Program-made: the position numbers and the translations under genes
In this document: positions 63,047 through 64,000 of the stretch, one piece after another
Layout of the letters: each line of letters opens with the position of its first letter
How positions within the stretch are numbered: the stretch's first letter is position 1
Assembly: GCA_950097015.1 (NCBI GenBank)
Contig: CATNEN010000038.1
Span: 6,882,001 to 6,946,000 of the forward strand
From: Macrostomum hystrix
Taxonomy: Eukaryota; Animalia; Platyhelminthes
Direction: 5' to 3'
DNA length: 64,000 bases
Notes under the pieces: generated by a model
The model's database searches: none
Seen by the model: the letters and a program-made list of their open reading frames with translations, nothing else
What the model was told of the DNA's origin: nothing

Positions 63047-64000
63047 AGACAAGAGTTGTCTTTCGATTTTCAGATTTTAAACTTGAAATTAACCGGAACT
63101 CATTAGGTTATTTTCACAAAGAATTCGTATTGTTGCCGTGTAAAACAAAAACTCAATTAAGAGCAAAAAATACAAGCAAATCAAAAAGAATTACCGACAA
63201 AAACTGCCTGAAAAATTGAAGTGCGCTGATTAACAGAGTTTTGACGAGCTAGAATAAAAGAAATTATTGCAAGGAAGAATGACTCAATGTGGAAGACGGT
63301 ACAGTTAAACGCAATTAACACATTTAGAATTAAAGGGATCAGGACTCCAATAAGGCGGACTGAAATTTCCCCCGCGAAGATAAGGATTACAGAAATAATC
63401 CTTTAGGCGTTAATCCCACCTTTGATCCCACTAATCCGGCATGCGAATTTACGAATATTAGCGAAAAGCCGAGAAGCGAATGCTTCAATAAAGACATAAA
63501 AGGAAGAGATAAATTTATAAATAACACCTGACTATGCCCTACATCCACCAGTCAAACTTCTACCCCACCTCATGCTGGTGTCAATTTTACTGCTTGTTTG
63601 AACTGAAGCACCAGGGAATTGAGTGTCTTGCACAAAGACACATTTTCCTTATGCTCTAGGCTAAGATTCGAACTCAAAACCTCTCCCGAGCTACGGGAAT
63701 TTCTCTTACCCTGCAAAAAGCGTGCAAAAACACCTGTGAAAAATCTAGCAGGACTGCTTGATTTCCCTGTAAAAAATTCGGCTGCTTCTTCGGCGGGTTT
63801 TTGTGCAAAATAGGAGTGGAATCTACCAAAATCCCCCCTATCTCGTAAGAGTTAAAGAAACCACCCAGGAAGCAGCCGATGTAACCGTAAATTGTGCGGA
63901 AACCGCCGAAGAATCACCCGAACCAGTGGCCCATGGGACAACCAGAGAATTATTTACGGGCGATTCCTCGGCAGTTTCTGAGCATGGAATCTTCTGAACT

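Overview
This is eukaryotic (animal) genomic DNA with GT-AG introns, and about a third of it is tandem minisatellite. Gene content and repeat density suggest a flatworm such as Macrostomum (inference only). Main genes: (1) a 3-exon ~1329-aa protein fusing 19 ankyrin repeats to a Mab-21/cGAS-like nucleotidyltransferase with an apparently complete catalytic motif, whose catalytic exon the ORF track misses; (2) a secreted PAN-like + F-type (fucose) lectin; (3) an intronless SoxB-like HMG gene; (4) a same-strand EF-hand cluster over ~26 kb, made of three ~8-kDa two-EF-hand genes, a variant calmodulin followed by an orphan duplicate of its terminal exon, and a calmodulin-like gene; (5) a minus-strand 9-exon KDM7/PHF8-like JmjC demethylase ending in two C2H2 zinc fingers, with a different minisatellite in most introns. 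Also present: tRNA-derived SINE copies, a solo LTR with a 4-bp TSD, THAP9/P-like and hAT transposase remnants, a LINE 3' fragment, and a probable decayed SAM-TIR (SARM1-like) pseudogene. All gene models were built by hand from splice signals and reading phase, without transcript data or database searches.
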